Below are positions 1-8,089 of a DNA stretch of 33,352 bases, one piece after another; the first letter of the stretch is position 1, and every line of letters starts with the position of its first letter. The stretch is from a virus (taxonomy: Duplodnaviria > Caudoviricetes), in the IMG/VR virus record IMGVR_UViG_3300037420_001055, positions 1 through 33,352 of that record; one strand, given 5' to 3'. Below the pieces are notes generated by a model, which was not told where the DNA came from, did no database searches, and saw only the letters and a list, made by a program, of their open reading frames with translations. The position numbers and the translations under genes were made by a program.

Positions 1-2
1 AG

Positions 3-1277
3 CGCTACGGTTCATCGCCGACACGGCAGCAACAACTCGAATTCCTGTGGCACGAGCTCAGCGGCGGCGACCCGGGCGGCAAGTTCGTGCTCGCCGAGAA
101 AGACGCGGGGCGGGTGCTCGATGCCTATATCCGGCGCTTCATGCGGCCGGCGGCGGGCGCCGAGACCCTTGGAGATCTCGAACGCGGCATGGGTGCCCTC
201 GGCCGTCGCGGTGAGCTGCCGGAAAGCACGGCTGAAGCTGGCGCCGGCGATGACCTGATCGATGCGCTCCGCCGCGATACGGCGCAGGCCGACGAGGAAG
301 CGCTCGCGGCGGCCAGCTCACGCGAAGACGCGGACCTCGCCGGCGCCCGCGGGAATGACGCGGCCGACATGCCGATCCTCCGCCGCGACATGTTCCCGAA
401 CGATCATGCCTGGGCGGAGGCACAGATTGCATTCAGCCAGGACCTCCTCGGCGAAATATCGCCGGAGCGTGCCGGAAACGGCCCGCCGGCGCGCGATACG
501 GCCTTCGGAGGTCCGGACACAGCGGCGGGGGTCGCTGCAGGCGCTCCTGGTGCATCTGGCGGCTTCGGCGTGTTCGGGCCGGAATTCCCCGAAGTGGCTG
601 GCGATTGGCAGGCGACGCTCGCCGCATTGCGGGACGCCAAGGCCGGCGTCGTTCCCGCCGCGCTCGACCATCCGGACATCGGCCCTATCGACCTGCCGTT
701 CGGCGAGCCCGGAAAGGGCCGCAAGGATGGATGGGGCCTGGCGAAACTCGAGGCTCGTCATCCGGAGGTGATCGAGGATCTGCCGGCGATCGTGCGGTCG
801 ATGAAGGTCAAGCGCCGCAGCATCAACCGGATCCAGCTCGAGGGGCCGGACCATAAGGGCGCGGTGCGGCTCGACTATGACGGAGAAGCGCGGACCTGGC
901 TGCTCACTGCCTTCGCCAAGCGTCCAGAGGACCTGCCGAAGAACGCCCCGCCGCTACCGGAGGACAGACGTGGCAGCGTCGTCGGTCAGGCCGGCTCCCC
1001 TGACCGCGGGGCGATCGCCAATATAGACACGGCCGGGCCAATCGACAATCCAGAGCTCAAGGCCTTCGACGACGGCGCCGGCGGACGTGCTGACCTCGCG
1101 GACAGCCTCGAGCACGATTACCGCGCCGCGGCGGCCGATCCGGGGCGCGCTGCCCGCACCTATCTGATCGGCGATAGTGACGAACCGCGGACCCTGTTCG
1201 ACATCCTCGAGGAACTCGACCGCGATCGCGCGGCCGCGGCCGCGCTGCGCACCTGCGCGGGAGGTGGCGCGGCATGA
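3..1277 (+). CDS. 5'-truncated polyvalent internal virion protein: phage tail lysozyme-like domain plus BECR-fold (PBECR-like) nuclease domain
   Basis: Frame +3 is open from base 3 (RYGSSPTRQQQLEFLWHEL...YIRRFMRP, resembling the phage tail lysozyme C-terminal motif). Later IDLPFGEPG..GWGLAKLEARH...GAVRLDY...TWLLTAF resembles phage BECR nuclease domains. Stop overlaps the next start (ATGA). Confidence 0.65.
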   Translation, partial: RYGSSPTRQQQLEFLWHELSGGDPGGKFVLAEKDAGRVLDAYIRRFMRPAAGAETLGDLERGMGALGRRGELPESTAEAGAGDDLIDALRRDTAQADEEALAAASSREDADLAGARGNDAADMPILRRDMFPNDHAWAEAQIAFSQDLLGEISPERAGNGPPARDTAFGGPDTAAGVAAGAPGASGGFGVFGPEFPEVAGDWQATLAALRDAKAGVVPAALDHPDIGPIDLPFGEPGKGRKDGWGLAKLEARHPEVIEDLPAIVRSMKVKRRSINRIQLEGPDHKGAVRLDYDGEARTWLLTAFAKRPEDLPKNAPPLPEDRRGSVVGQAGSPDRGAIANIDTAGPIDNPELKAFDDGAGGRADLADSLEHDYRAAAADPGRAARTYLIGDSDEPRTLFDILEELDRDRAAAAALRTCAGGGAA

Positions 1278-3763
1278 CGATCGCCCGTTGTATCCCGGGC
1301 CTGCTCGAGGCAGGCGAGCTGAGCGAGGACCAGGCGAAGCGCGCGCAGGAGCTGTACGACGGCCATGCGGCCGAGCTCGCGCGGGATATGTCGCCGGCGG
1401 CGGCCGAGGCGGCCGCGACACGGCGGACGCTGGACGCGCTCGATTTCGAGGCGATCGAGAAGCGGCGTCGGACCTTGCTGCAGGTGAAGGCGCAGGATTT
1501 CGCCGACGAATGGCTGACGCGCGGCGGCGAGCATTGGGGCGGCGGCGATCGCGGCGGGGGAGGCTATGGCAACGTTCCCGGCGGCGGTCCGATCGGGCCG
1601 GTCAACCCAAAAGCGGGCAAGACCTTGATCGCTTTGGTCGAGGCGCGTCGCCGAGCGATTGAGGGCGAGGCTTTTGGCCATATGGCGCAGGTTCTCCGCC
1701 GGCACCGCGCGATTGTTCCTGGCCAGCTTCGCCACGCAGCCGAGCTCGACGAGCTCGGCATGGAAGCGTTCGGTGAGGACAGCGGCAGTCTTGCGGCCCG
1801 GGAGGCGGTTGGCGCCGTGCGGGAAACGCAGGAATGGCTGCGGCTCCGCGCCAATGCCGCCGGCGCGAACATCGCCAAGCTCGAAAAACGCGGCTTCGCT
1901 ACGCACCATGACAGCCGCAAGGTGGCGGAAGCGGGCTTCGACGCCTGGTGGGCCGCGGAGCGCCGCCGCTGGGACGTTGAACGCATGGTCGACGAAGAGA
2001 CCGGCCAACCGTTCACCGATGCGAAGCTCTACGCCGTCGCGCGCGAGGTCTATGCGACGATCGCCAGCGACGGCGCGATCGATCGCGCCCCGGGGTCCGT
2101 CGGCAAGCTGAGCTTCGCCAACCGGATGGGGCAGCATCGCTTCATCCACTACAAGAGCTATGCCGACTGGAAGGCGAGCCAGGCGGCCTATGGGTCCGGC
2201 ACCGCGTTTGACGCCCTGCTCGGCGAGGTCAAGGGCATGGCGCGCTCGATCGCCGCAATGGAGCTGCTCGGGCCAAACCCCGATGCGACGGTGCGCTTCG
2301 TGCGCGATCGCGTCGCCGGCGATCCGGAGCTGTTCGAGCCTGGACGTCTACGTAAGCGCGACAAGGCGTCGAGCCAAGGCAAGGTCATTCAGCGCCTGTG
2401 GGATGAATATACCGGCGCGCTGCGGCAACCGGAAAACCGCGCGATCGCTTATGCCTTCTCGACCTATCGCGGGCTCGCTTCGGCGGCCAAGCTCGGCAGC
2501 TCGCCGGTGACCGCCACAACCGACATCGGTTACGGCATGGCGACGCGCCGTTTCAACGGGCTGCCCGAGGCCGGCATCGTTCGCGATTACGTAAAGCTCA
2601 TGAACCCCGCCGATCCGTCGCACCGGCTCGCCGCGGCCTATCTGTCGTTCGTCCCCGAAGTCTGGACTAGCGCGGTCAGCGGACAGAGCCGCTTCCTGGT
2701 CGAGGAATTGACCGGCGAGTTCGGGCGGCGCGTGTCGGACGGCGTGCTGCGCGCCGCGGGGCTTAGCGCGATCACCGAAGCCGGGCGCCAGGCGCATGGT
2801 CTCGTGACCTTCATCCACGCGACCATGACGCGCGCCACGCCTTACGCCGAGCTCGAGCCCGCCTGGCGCGCCGCGCTGCAGCGCTACCGGATCGGCGAAG
2901 CGGAATGGGATCTGATCCGCGGCTCACAGACGGAGAAACTCGACAATGGGCTCGACCTACTGACGCCGGCGTCGATTGGCGACAATGAAGCGAAGAACCG
3001 CTTCCTCGAAATGGCGCATAACGAGCAGGATTTCGCGGTGCCATCGCCGGACCTCGAAACGCGCTCCCTGCTCAATGTCCAGGCGCGCAAGGGAACGCTG
3101 ACCGGCGAGCTGCTGCGCTCCTCGCCCTTGTTCCTCCGGACCTTCCTGATCGCTTCCATGCTCCGCCACGGCGGCCGCATGGTCGAGCAGGCCGGCGTGC
3201 GCGGCAAAGTCGGTTATGCACTTTCGGTCGCGATCCCGGTCACCGTCATGGGTGTGCTCGCGCAGCAGCTCTACGAGATCGCCAACGGCCGCGATCCGCG
3301 CCCGATGGACCCGTCGACCAAGGAGGGACGCAATACCTGGGGAGCAGGTTTCCTTAAGGGCGGCGCGCTGTCGATGCTGGGCGATCTGATCGGCCTCACC
3401 GCCCAGGGCAAATATATGAGCGCGACCGAATATGCGGCGGGGCCGCTCGCCGGCGACGTCGACCGCGCGATATCGGCCGGCTGGGGCGTCGGTACTGGCA
3501 AGAAGCACGCAGGCTCGCGCGTGCTGCAGCTGGTTAAGGAGAACACGCCTGGCGGTAACGTCTGGTACACGCGGCTGCTGACCGACCGGCTGCTCGCCGA
3601 CCAGATCCAGCGCTCGATCGATCCGGACTACGCCGACATCCAGCTGCTGCGTGAGCGCGCGGCCGAAAAGAACGGGCAGGAATTCTACTGGGCGCCCGGC
3701 GAGACCGCGCCGGCTCGTGCGCCCAATCTTTACAACGCAGTCACTGGGGGGACCAGGCAATGA
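1274..3763 (+). CDS. Large internal virion / DNA ejection protein
   Basis: 829 aa, helical, with a hydrophobic Gly-rich C-terminal region (GRDPRPM...GGALSMLGD). Lies just upstream of the tail fibre, as ejection proteins do in T7/BPP-1-like podoviruses. Confidence 0.7.
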   Translation: MTIARCIPGLLEAGELSEDQAKRAQELYDGHAAELARDMSPAAAEAAATRRTLDALDFEAIEKRRRTLLQVKAQDFADEWLTRGGEHWGGGDRGGGGYGNVPGGGPIGPVNPKAGKTLIALVEARRRAIEGEAFGHMAQVLRRHRAIVPGQLRHAAELDELGMEAFGEDSGSLAAREAVGAVRETQEWLRLRANAAGANIAKLEKRGFATHHDSRKVAEAGFDAWWAAERRRWDVERMVDEETGQPFTDAKLYAVAREVYATIASDGAIDRAPGSVGKLSFANRMGQHRFIHYKSYADWKASQAAYGSGTAFDALLGEVKGMARSIAAMELLGPNPDATVRFVRDRVAGDPELFEPGRLRKRDKASSQGKVIQRLWDEYTGALRQPENRAIAYAFSTYRGLASAAKLGSSPVTATTDIGYGMATRRFNGLPEAGIVRDYVKLMNPADPSHRLAAAYLSFVPEVWTSAVSGQSRFLVEELTGEFGRRVSDGVLRAAGLSAITEAGRQAHGLVTFIHATMTRATPYAELEPAWRAALQRYRIGEAEWDLIRGSQTEKLDNGLDLLTPASIGDNEAKNRFLEMAHNEQDFAVPSPDLETRSLLNVQARKGTLTGELLRSSPLFLRTFLIASMLRHGGRMVEQAGVRGKVGYALSVAIPVTVMGVLAQQLYEIANGRDPRPMDPSTKEGRNTWGAGFLKGGALSMLGDLIGLTAQGKYMSATEYAAGPLAGDVDRAISAGWGVGTGKKHAGSRVLQLVKENTPGGNVWYTRLLTDRLLADQIQRSIDPDYADIQLLRERAAEKNGQEFYWAPGETAPARAPNLYNAVTGGTRQ

Positions 3764-5004
3764 CGCTCGGCACGACGACGCCGCAGATCGACTATGTCGA
3801 GGACGGCAGCACCCTCGTCCACGCGATCCCGTTCCAGTTCGAACTGGCGGCTGACATCGTCTGCTCGAGGATCTCGGCCGGCGTCGAGACGATCCTGACG
3901 CAGGGCGTCAATTTCACGGTCAGCGGGGGCGGCGGCGGGACCGGCACCGTCACCAAGCTCAGCGCAGGCGTCGCCGGCACCACGTTCCGGATCAAGCGCC
4001 AGACGAGCCGCGCGCAGCAGACCGATTACACTCAGGGCGACGCCTTCCCGGCGGAAACTCACGAGGATGCGCTCGACCGCCTCTCCGCGGTCGACCAGGA
4101 GCAGGACGTCCGGATCGCCGACATCGAGCTCAGGACCATCCGCACGGCGATGGGGAAAGTCGGCATCGTTCTAACGGCCGCAAACGTCAACGTGCTGATC
4201 GGAACTGATGCCAACGGCAACTTGACGCTGTATGACCTCACGAGCTTCAACGTCGGCCCGGCAGGTCCGCAGGGGCCCACCGGCAACATCCTCGCCAACG
4301 GCGACTATGGCGACATCAGCTGCACCGGCGGCGTGCTGTCGATCGACCTCGGCGTCGTCACGCTCGGCAAGATGGCGAACCTCCTCGCCAATTCGATCAT
4401 CGGCAACAACACCGGCGCGGCCGCGCAGGCGCAGGCGCTGAGCGGCCTGCAGGTTACGGCGATGTTGCTTGCCTTCACCGGCGACAGCGGCGCGGGCGGC
4501 GCCAAGGGCCTCGTGCCCGCGCCGGCGGCGGGCGACGCGGCCGCCAACAAATATCTGTCGGCCGCCGGCATCTGGGCCGTGCCTTCGGTTGGCGCGCTCG
4601 CCAATGCTCTGACCTTCAATTCCACCGGCGGCGCGGCGCCTGGCGGCACCTTCAACGGATCGGCTGCGCGAACGATCGATTACAGCTCGGTCGGCGCGGC
4701 GCCGGCGCGGCCGGCGATCCAGTCAGGCGCCAATACCAGCTTCAGCGCGGCCGATGCGGACAACAACACGCACAAGGTGCTCGGCGGCGCTGGGCAGACC
4801 CTCACGCTCGGCAGCATTACGGCCGGCACCAGCTTCACCGTTCGGGCGACGACGGCCTGGACGATCGCCTGCGCCGGCGGCCTGTCGAAGAACGGGGCCG
4901 CGCCTGGCGGGGTCACCGCCGGCAATATTGCGGCCAACTCGCTGATCACCTTCCTTCACGAAGGAAGCGGCGTGTGGGTGGCGTCGGGCAGCGGGCTCAC
5001 CTGA
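3760..5004 (+). CDS. Tail fibre protein
   Basis: N-terminus resembles the T7 gp17-type attachment domain (YVEDGST..IPFQF...RQT..Q.TDY..GD.FPAE.HEDALDRL). Short collagen-like GPAGPQGP segment and a Gly/Ala/Thr-rich shaft. Confidence 0.85.
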   Translation: MTLGTTTPQIDYVEDGSTLVHAIPFQFELAADIVCSRISAGVETILTQGVNFTVSGGGGGTGTVTKLSAGVAGTTFRIKRQTSRAQQTDYTQGDAFPAETHEDALDRLSAVDQEQDVRIADIELRTIRTAMGKVGIVLTAANVNVLIGTDANGNLTLYDLTSFNVGPAGPQGPTGNILANGDYGDISCTGGVLSIDLGVVTLGKMANLLANSIIGNNTGAAAQAQALSGLQVTAMLLAFTGDSGAGGAKGLVPAPAAGDAAANKYLSAAGIWAVPSVGALANALTFNSTGGAAPGGTFNGSAARTIDYSSVGAAPARPAIQSGANTSFSAADADNNTHKVLGGAGQTLTLGSITAGTSFTVRATTAWTIACAGGLSKNGAAPGGVTAGNIAANSLITFLHEGSGVWVASGSGLT

Positions 5005-5432
5005 TGCTGCATTTCGCCCGCATGCTGCTCGGCCGGACGTCCGGTGCAGCGCCGCTCGACAGCCAGACGGTCACGAGCGGCGCCAGCGGCAGCGCGATCA
5101 ACCAGGACCGCGTCCGCGGCTTCGCGCAAGGATCCCTGGGCTCGATCTCCGACGGGACCAGCAACCTCTACGGCGGCGCTGCCGTATTGGCGCTACTCTG
5201 GGACGAAAACGGCGGCAGCCCGAGCGACCTGGTCCAATTCCAGGTCGCCGGCGTGCGGGCGAACAGCGGCTGGACGACGATGTCGGTTGGCGGGATCAAC
5301 TTTTCGCGCGCGGCCGCGACCTTCTCGACGGCCGGCGGCAACACCAGCTGGATCTGGAACAACCTCGGCTACACCGCGGGCACCAACCCCTTTGGCGGAT
5401 CCGGCGCAGATCATTCGGTAGTTTTTACATGA
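5004..5432 (+). CDS. Putative tail fibre tip/adhesin or accessory protein (142 aa)
   Basis: ATG overlaps the fibre stop (TGATG). Gly/Ser/Thr/Trp-rich beta-type sequence. Confidence 0.55.
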   Translation: MLHFARMLLGRTSGAAPLDSQTVTSGASGSAINQDRVRGFAQGSLGSISDGTSNLYGGAAVLALLWDENGGSPSDLVQFQVAGVRANSGWTTMSVGGINFSRAAATFSTAGGNTSWIWNNLGYTAGTNPFGGSGADHSVVFT

Positions 5433-5471
5433 TCGCGTCTGGATCCTTTCCTCCAGTTGGGGAGCGTGGCG

Positions 5472-5669
5472 GTGGGCATTGATCAGGTCGTCGTACTGGC
5501 CGGGCAATTCGGGCCGATGGGGCTGCTCGTGGCCTATCTGATCTGGCGCGAAAACGGCGAGCGCAAGGATCGCCGCGAGCTCAAGCAAGCCGACATCGAG
5601 GCGCGTGAGAAACTCGCGAGCTCGCTCACCGCGCTGTCGATGGTCATCCAGGGGAGGCCGCATGTCTGA
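5472..5669 (+). CDS. Small membrane protein, holin/antiholin candidate
   Basis: GTG start after a GGGGAG RBS. One hydrophobic segment (GPMGLLVAYLIW) then a charged coil; first gene of the lysis region. Confidence 0.5.
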   Translation: MGIDQVVVLAGQFGPMGLLVAYLIWRENGERKDRRELKQADIEAREKLASSLTALSMVIQGRPHV

Positions 5670-5859
5670 CAACCTCTTGGCCGCCATTCGTGCCGAGGCC
5701 GCGGCGGCGGACGCACTCACCAGGGCCTGCGCCCGGCACGGCGCCATCGCCGACGCGACCGCTTCCGGCAATCACATCGTGAACGCGCTCCGGCAGTCGT
5801 TTCGCGTCGCCGCATTGACCCCGACGGACATGCTCGCAGCCCTGGGAAAGATCAAATGA
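5662..5859 (+). CDS. Hypothetical protein (65 aa)
   Basis: GGGGAGG RBS before ATG 5662; overlaps the upstream stop. Confidence 0.55.
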   Translation: MSDNLLAAIRAEAAAADALTRACARHGAIADATASGNHIVNALRQSFRVAALTPTDMLAALGKIK

Positions 5860-5869
5860 GGGGAGGGGA

Positions 5870-6304
5870 ATGATGGAACAGGCCGATCCGCAGGATCCGC
5901 TGCCCGAAAGCAAATGGCTGTGGCGGCGGCTGCTGACGTTCGGGATCGTCATCTTCGGTGCCTGGCAGATGCATCTTGCCGGCAACCGCCTGGCGCGCTT
6001 CGGCGAACATCAGCCGGTCGAAGCGATCCGCGCGATGCTCAACCTCGTTCACTGGCAGAGCGTGAGCATGTGGATCGTGCTGCTGCTCTACATGATCGCG
6101 CCCTCGGCCGAGCAGCTGGCGAAGATTATCGCCACGCTGTCCGCGCTCAAGAGCGGGGTCGCGCCCGAGCTGGTCACCAAGGCGGGCGCGGTGGTTGCCG
6201 CCGCGGCGGGCCCGCCCTCGCCGCCGGCTCCGGCCTATTCCGGGCCCGACCTCAGCCACGCACCCGCCGCCTCCAACGCGCCGAAGGATGTTCCATGGCA
6301 CTGA
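5870..6304 (+). CDS. Two-TM membrane protein, holin candidate
   Basis: Strong RBS, two hydrophobic segments, directly upstream of the endolysin. Confidence 0.55.
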   Translation: MMEQADPQDPLPESKWLWRRLLTFGIVIFGAWQMHLAGNRLARFGEHQPVEAIRAMLNLVHWQSVSMWIVLLLYMIAPSAEQLAKIIATLSALKSGVAPELVTKAGAVVAAAAGPPSPPAPAYSGPDLSHAPAASNAPKDVPWH

Positions 6305-6933
6305 CCGACAGCGAGATCCGCGCCAAGCTTGCGGATGCCGGTGGCCTGCTGCAGGCCTGCGTCGCCGAGCTCGACGCACGGGCGCAGCCGGCGGTTGCGG
6401 CGCCCGCCTCTCCCGCCGTGGCGGCGCGCCGCCCGATCGCCTGGGGAGCGAAGGTCAGTCCGACCTTCCGCGACCGCGTGTGGTGGATCTGCGACACGCT
6501 CGAGCTCAACCCCGACGATCTGATGGCATGCATGGCGTGGGAGAGCGGGCGCAGCTTCTCCGCCTCGGTGACCAACATGGCCGGATCCGGCGCCGTCGGC
6601 CTGATCCAGTTCATGCCGTCGACGGCGAAGTCGCTGGGGACGTCGACGGCGGACCTGGCACACCTGACGGCCGAGGATCAGCTGCGCTTCGTCTACAAAT
6701 ATTTCCAGCCCTGGAAAGGGCGGCTGAAGAACCTCGCCGATCTCTACATGGCGATCCTGTGGCCGGCGGCGGTGGGGAAGCCGGACGATTATGCCCTGTT
6801 CACCGGCGGCGTCGCCTATCGCCAGAATGCCGGGCTCGACAGCAATCGGGACGGGCGGGTCACCAAGGCCGAGACCGCTGCCAAGCTCTACGCGATGCGC
6901 GCCGAGGGCCTCAAACCGGAGAATGTCGGATGA
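6295..6933 (+). CDS. Endolysin, lysozyme/lytic transglycosylase superfamily with an EF-hand-like C-terminal motif
   Basis: ES catalytic motif (MAWESG), GAVGLIQFMPSTA SLT-type motif and DSNRDGRVTKAE. Likely start is ATG 6295 (MALTDSE), inside track ORF 5914..6933. Confidence 0.85.
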   Translation: MALTDSEIRAKLADAGGLLQACVAELDARAQPAVAAPASPAVAARRPIAWGAKVSPTFRDRVWWICDTLELNPDDLMACMAWESGRSFSASVTNMAGSGAVGLIQFMPSTAKSLGTSTADLAHLTAEDQLRFVYKYFQPWKGRLKNLADLYMAILWPAAVGKPDDYALFTGGVAYRQNAGLDSNRDGRVTKAETAAKLYAMRAEGLKPENVG

Positions 6934-7328
6934 TCGAGATCATGGGCCTCAGGCTTGGCGCCCGCGCGATCGCGGCGATCGCAGCGATCCTGCTGGTGGT
7001 TGCATTTCTGCTGTGGGGGCCTGCGGCGTGCCGGTCCTACTTCACCCAGAAGAGGACGGCCGAGGTGGCCCAGGGGCAGGCTGGCGCGGCGATCAACTCG
7101 GGCGCCGAGGCGACCAGCACGCTCGGCAACATCATGGAGAACGGCCAGGCGACCGACGCCGCCGTCAAGGAGGGAAACAATGCGATCCACAACGCTAGCG
7201 AGGCCGATCGCGGCCGCGTTGCTACTGATGCCGCTTGTCGGCTGCGTGCATACCGCGATCTCAAACGATGTGCCGCGTTGCGAGGATCTGATCCCGCAGC
7301 AGATGCGCGGCCGCGTCCCGCCCATTGA
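6930..7328 (+). CDS. Inner-membrane spanin (Rz-like)
   Basis: ATGA overlap with the endolysin. N-terminal TM segment followed by an Ala-rich helical periplasmic region. Confidence 0.75.
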   Translation: MIEIMGLRLGARAIAAIAAILLVVAFLLWGPAACRSYFTQKRTAEVAQGQAGAAINSGAEATSTLGNIMENGQATDAAVKEGNNAIHNASEADRGRVATDAACRLRAYRDLKRCAALRGSDPAADARPRPAH

Positions 7329-7515
7329 CCTGCCGGAAGCGAAGCAGCACGCCGACGGCCACCAGGACGCCGAGCCGTGGATGCAGGGCTTCCTCGGCCA
7401 GACGGGGCAGCTCGATAAGGCGAACGATCGCGGCGACGGGATCGACCATATCTACCGAACCTGTCTCGACCAGCACCGCCAGGCACTGCAGCGCGCCAGG
7501 CGCAAGATCTTCTGA
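7180..7515 (+). CDS. Outer-membrane lipoprotein spanin (Rz1-like)
   Basis: Overlaps the Rz-like gene in another frame; GGAGGG RBS; signal peptide with lipobox LVG-C; Pro-rich mature part. Confidence 0.8.
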   Translation: MRSTTLARPIAAALLLMPLVGCVHTAISNDVPRCEDLIPQQMRGRVPPIDLPEAKQHADGHQDAEPWMQGFLGQTGQLDKANDRGDGIDHIYRTCLDQHRQALQRARRKIF

Positions 7516-7519
7516 GCGG

Positions 7520-7735
7520 CGTGTCGTAAGCTTGAGCCTTCCAACATTGGCCGAAAATGTGTCGATGTTGGAAGGCTGATGGGGTGCTAAGCTGTTGAAA
7601 TCATTCAACCCTGTGAAGCTTGGAAGGCTTCTGCTCTACCATTGAGCTACACCCGCAACACGCTGAAAACGCTCTATTTCTGGAACAGCCTTTCCAACAT
7701 TTCCGACTGTTTTATGTTGGACGTTCCAACATTTC
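7520..7735. other. attP: core GAAGC-TTGGAAG-GCTTC (7615-7631), arm-type motifs and an IHF-like site
   Basis: Non-coding, between the lysis genes and the integrase operon. TCCAACAT/ATGTTGGA motif occurs 5 times: a 13-bp inverted repeat at 7535-7547/7565-7577, TTCCAACATTTC at 7692 and 7724, and ATGTTGGA at 7714. IHF-like TAAGCTGTTGAAA near 7588-7600. The core overlaps a tRNA anticodon loop. Confidence 0.85.
7615..7656 (-). tRNA. 5' half of tRNA-Gly(TCC) (fragment, part of attP)
   Basis: Minus strand reads GCGGGTGTAGCTCAATGGTAGAGCAGAAGCCTTCCAAGCTTC: acceptor 5' strand, D arm and anticodon arm with TCC. No intact T arm or 3' acceptor strand follows. Confidence 0.9.
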
Positions 7736-7763
7736 GTTCTCAGGCTGTTCGCGTCTAGCCGGG

Positions 7764-7931
7764 TCAAACCGGTTTTCGCAAGGCCCCGATCGAATGGCCT
7801 AGCCCCGGCGCGCGCAATTCGGCGCCGCATTGGCACTCGGGCCCATAATAGCCTTTGTAGCCCTTCGGCTTGCCGCACGCCGCGCACCGGGTCATGTCTG
7901 CCGGCGGCGGCGCGGCCGCGTCGAATTTCAT
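7764..7931 (-). CDS. 55-aa putative zinc-binding microprotein (CAAC...CQC)
   Basis: Translated by hand (below the track cut-off): MKFDAAAPPPADMTRCAACGKPKGYKGYYGPECQCGAELRAPGLGHSIGALRKPV. ATGA overlap with the upstream ORF. Confidence 0.5.
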   Translation of the reverse strand: MKFDAAAPPPADMTRCAACGKPKGYKGYYGPECQCGAELRAPGLGHSIGALRKPV

Positions 7932-8089
7932 TTCGTCTGCCGGTGCCGCGCATCCATCCGAATGTCATGGAGCCGCTGCGCGGCGTAGTCGCCGACTTCC
8001 TTGACGCCGTGCCGCGCGATGAAGCTGCGCAGCTGCAGAAGCGCCTGGCGCTCGCCCTGCTCGAATTCGGTGTAGTCGGGCTCGTTCAC
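7928..8089 (-). CDS. 53-aa hypothetical protein coupled to the integrase stop
   Basis: GTGA overlap with int. MNEPDYTEFEQGERQALLQLRSFIARHGVKEVGDYAAQRLHDIRMDARHRQTK; phage-like codon usage. Confidence 0.6.
   Translation of the reverse strand: MNEPDYTEFEQGERQALLQLRSFIARHGVKEVGDYAAQRLHDIRMDARHRQTK

Noticed and set aside
7585-7656. Complete phage-encoded tRNA-Gly
   Set aside because: Sequence after the anticodon arm (ACAGGGTTGAATGATTTCAAC) lacks a proper T arm and a strand complementary to the acceptor 5' end.
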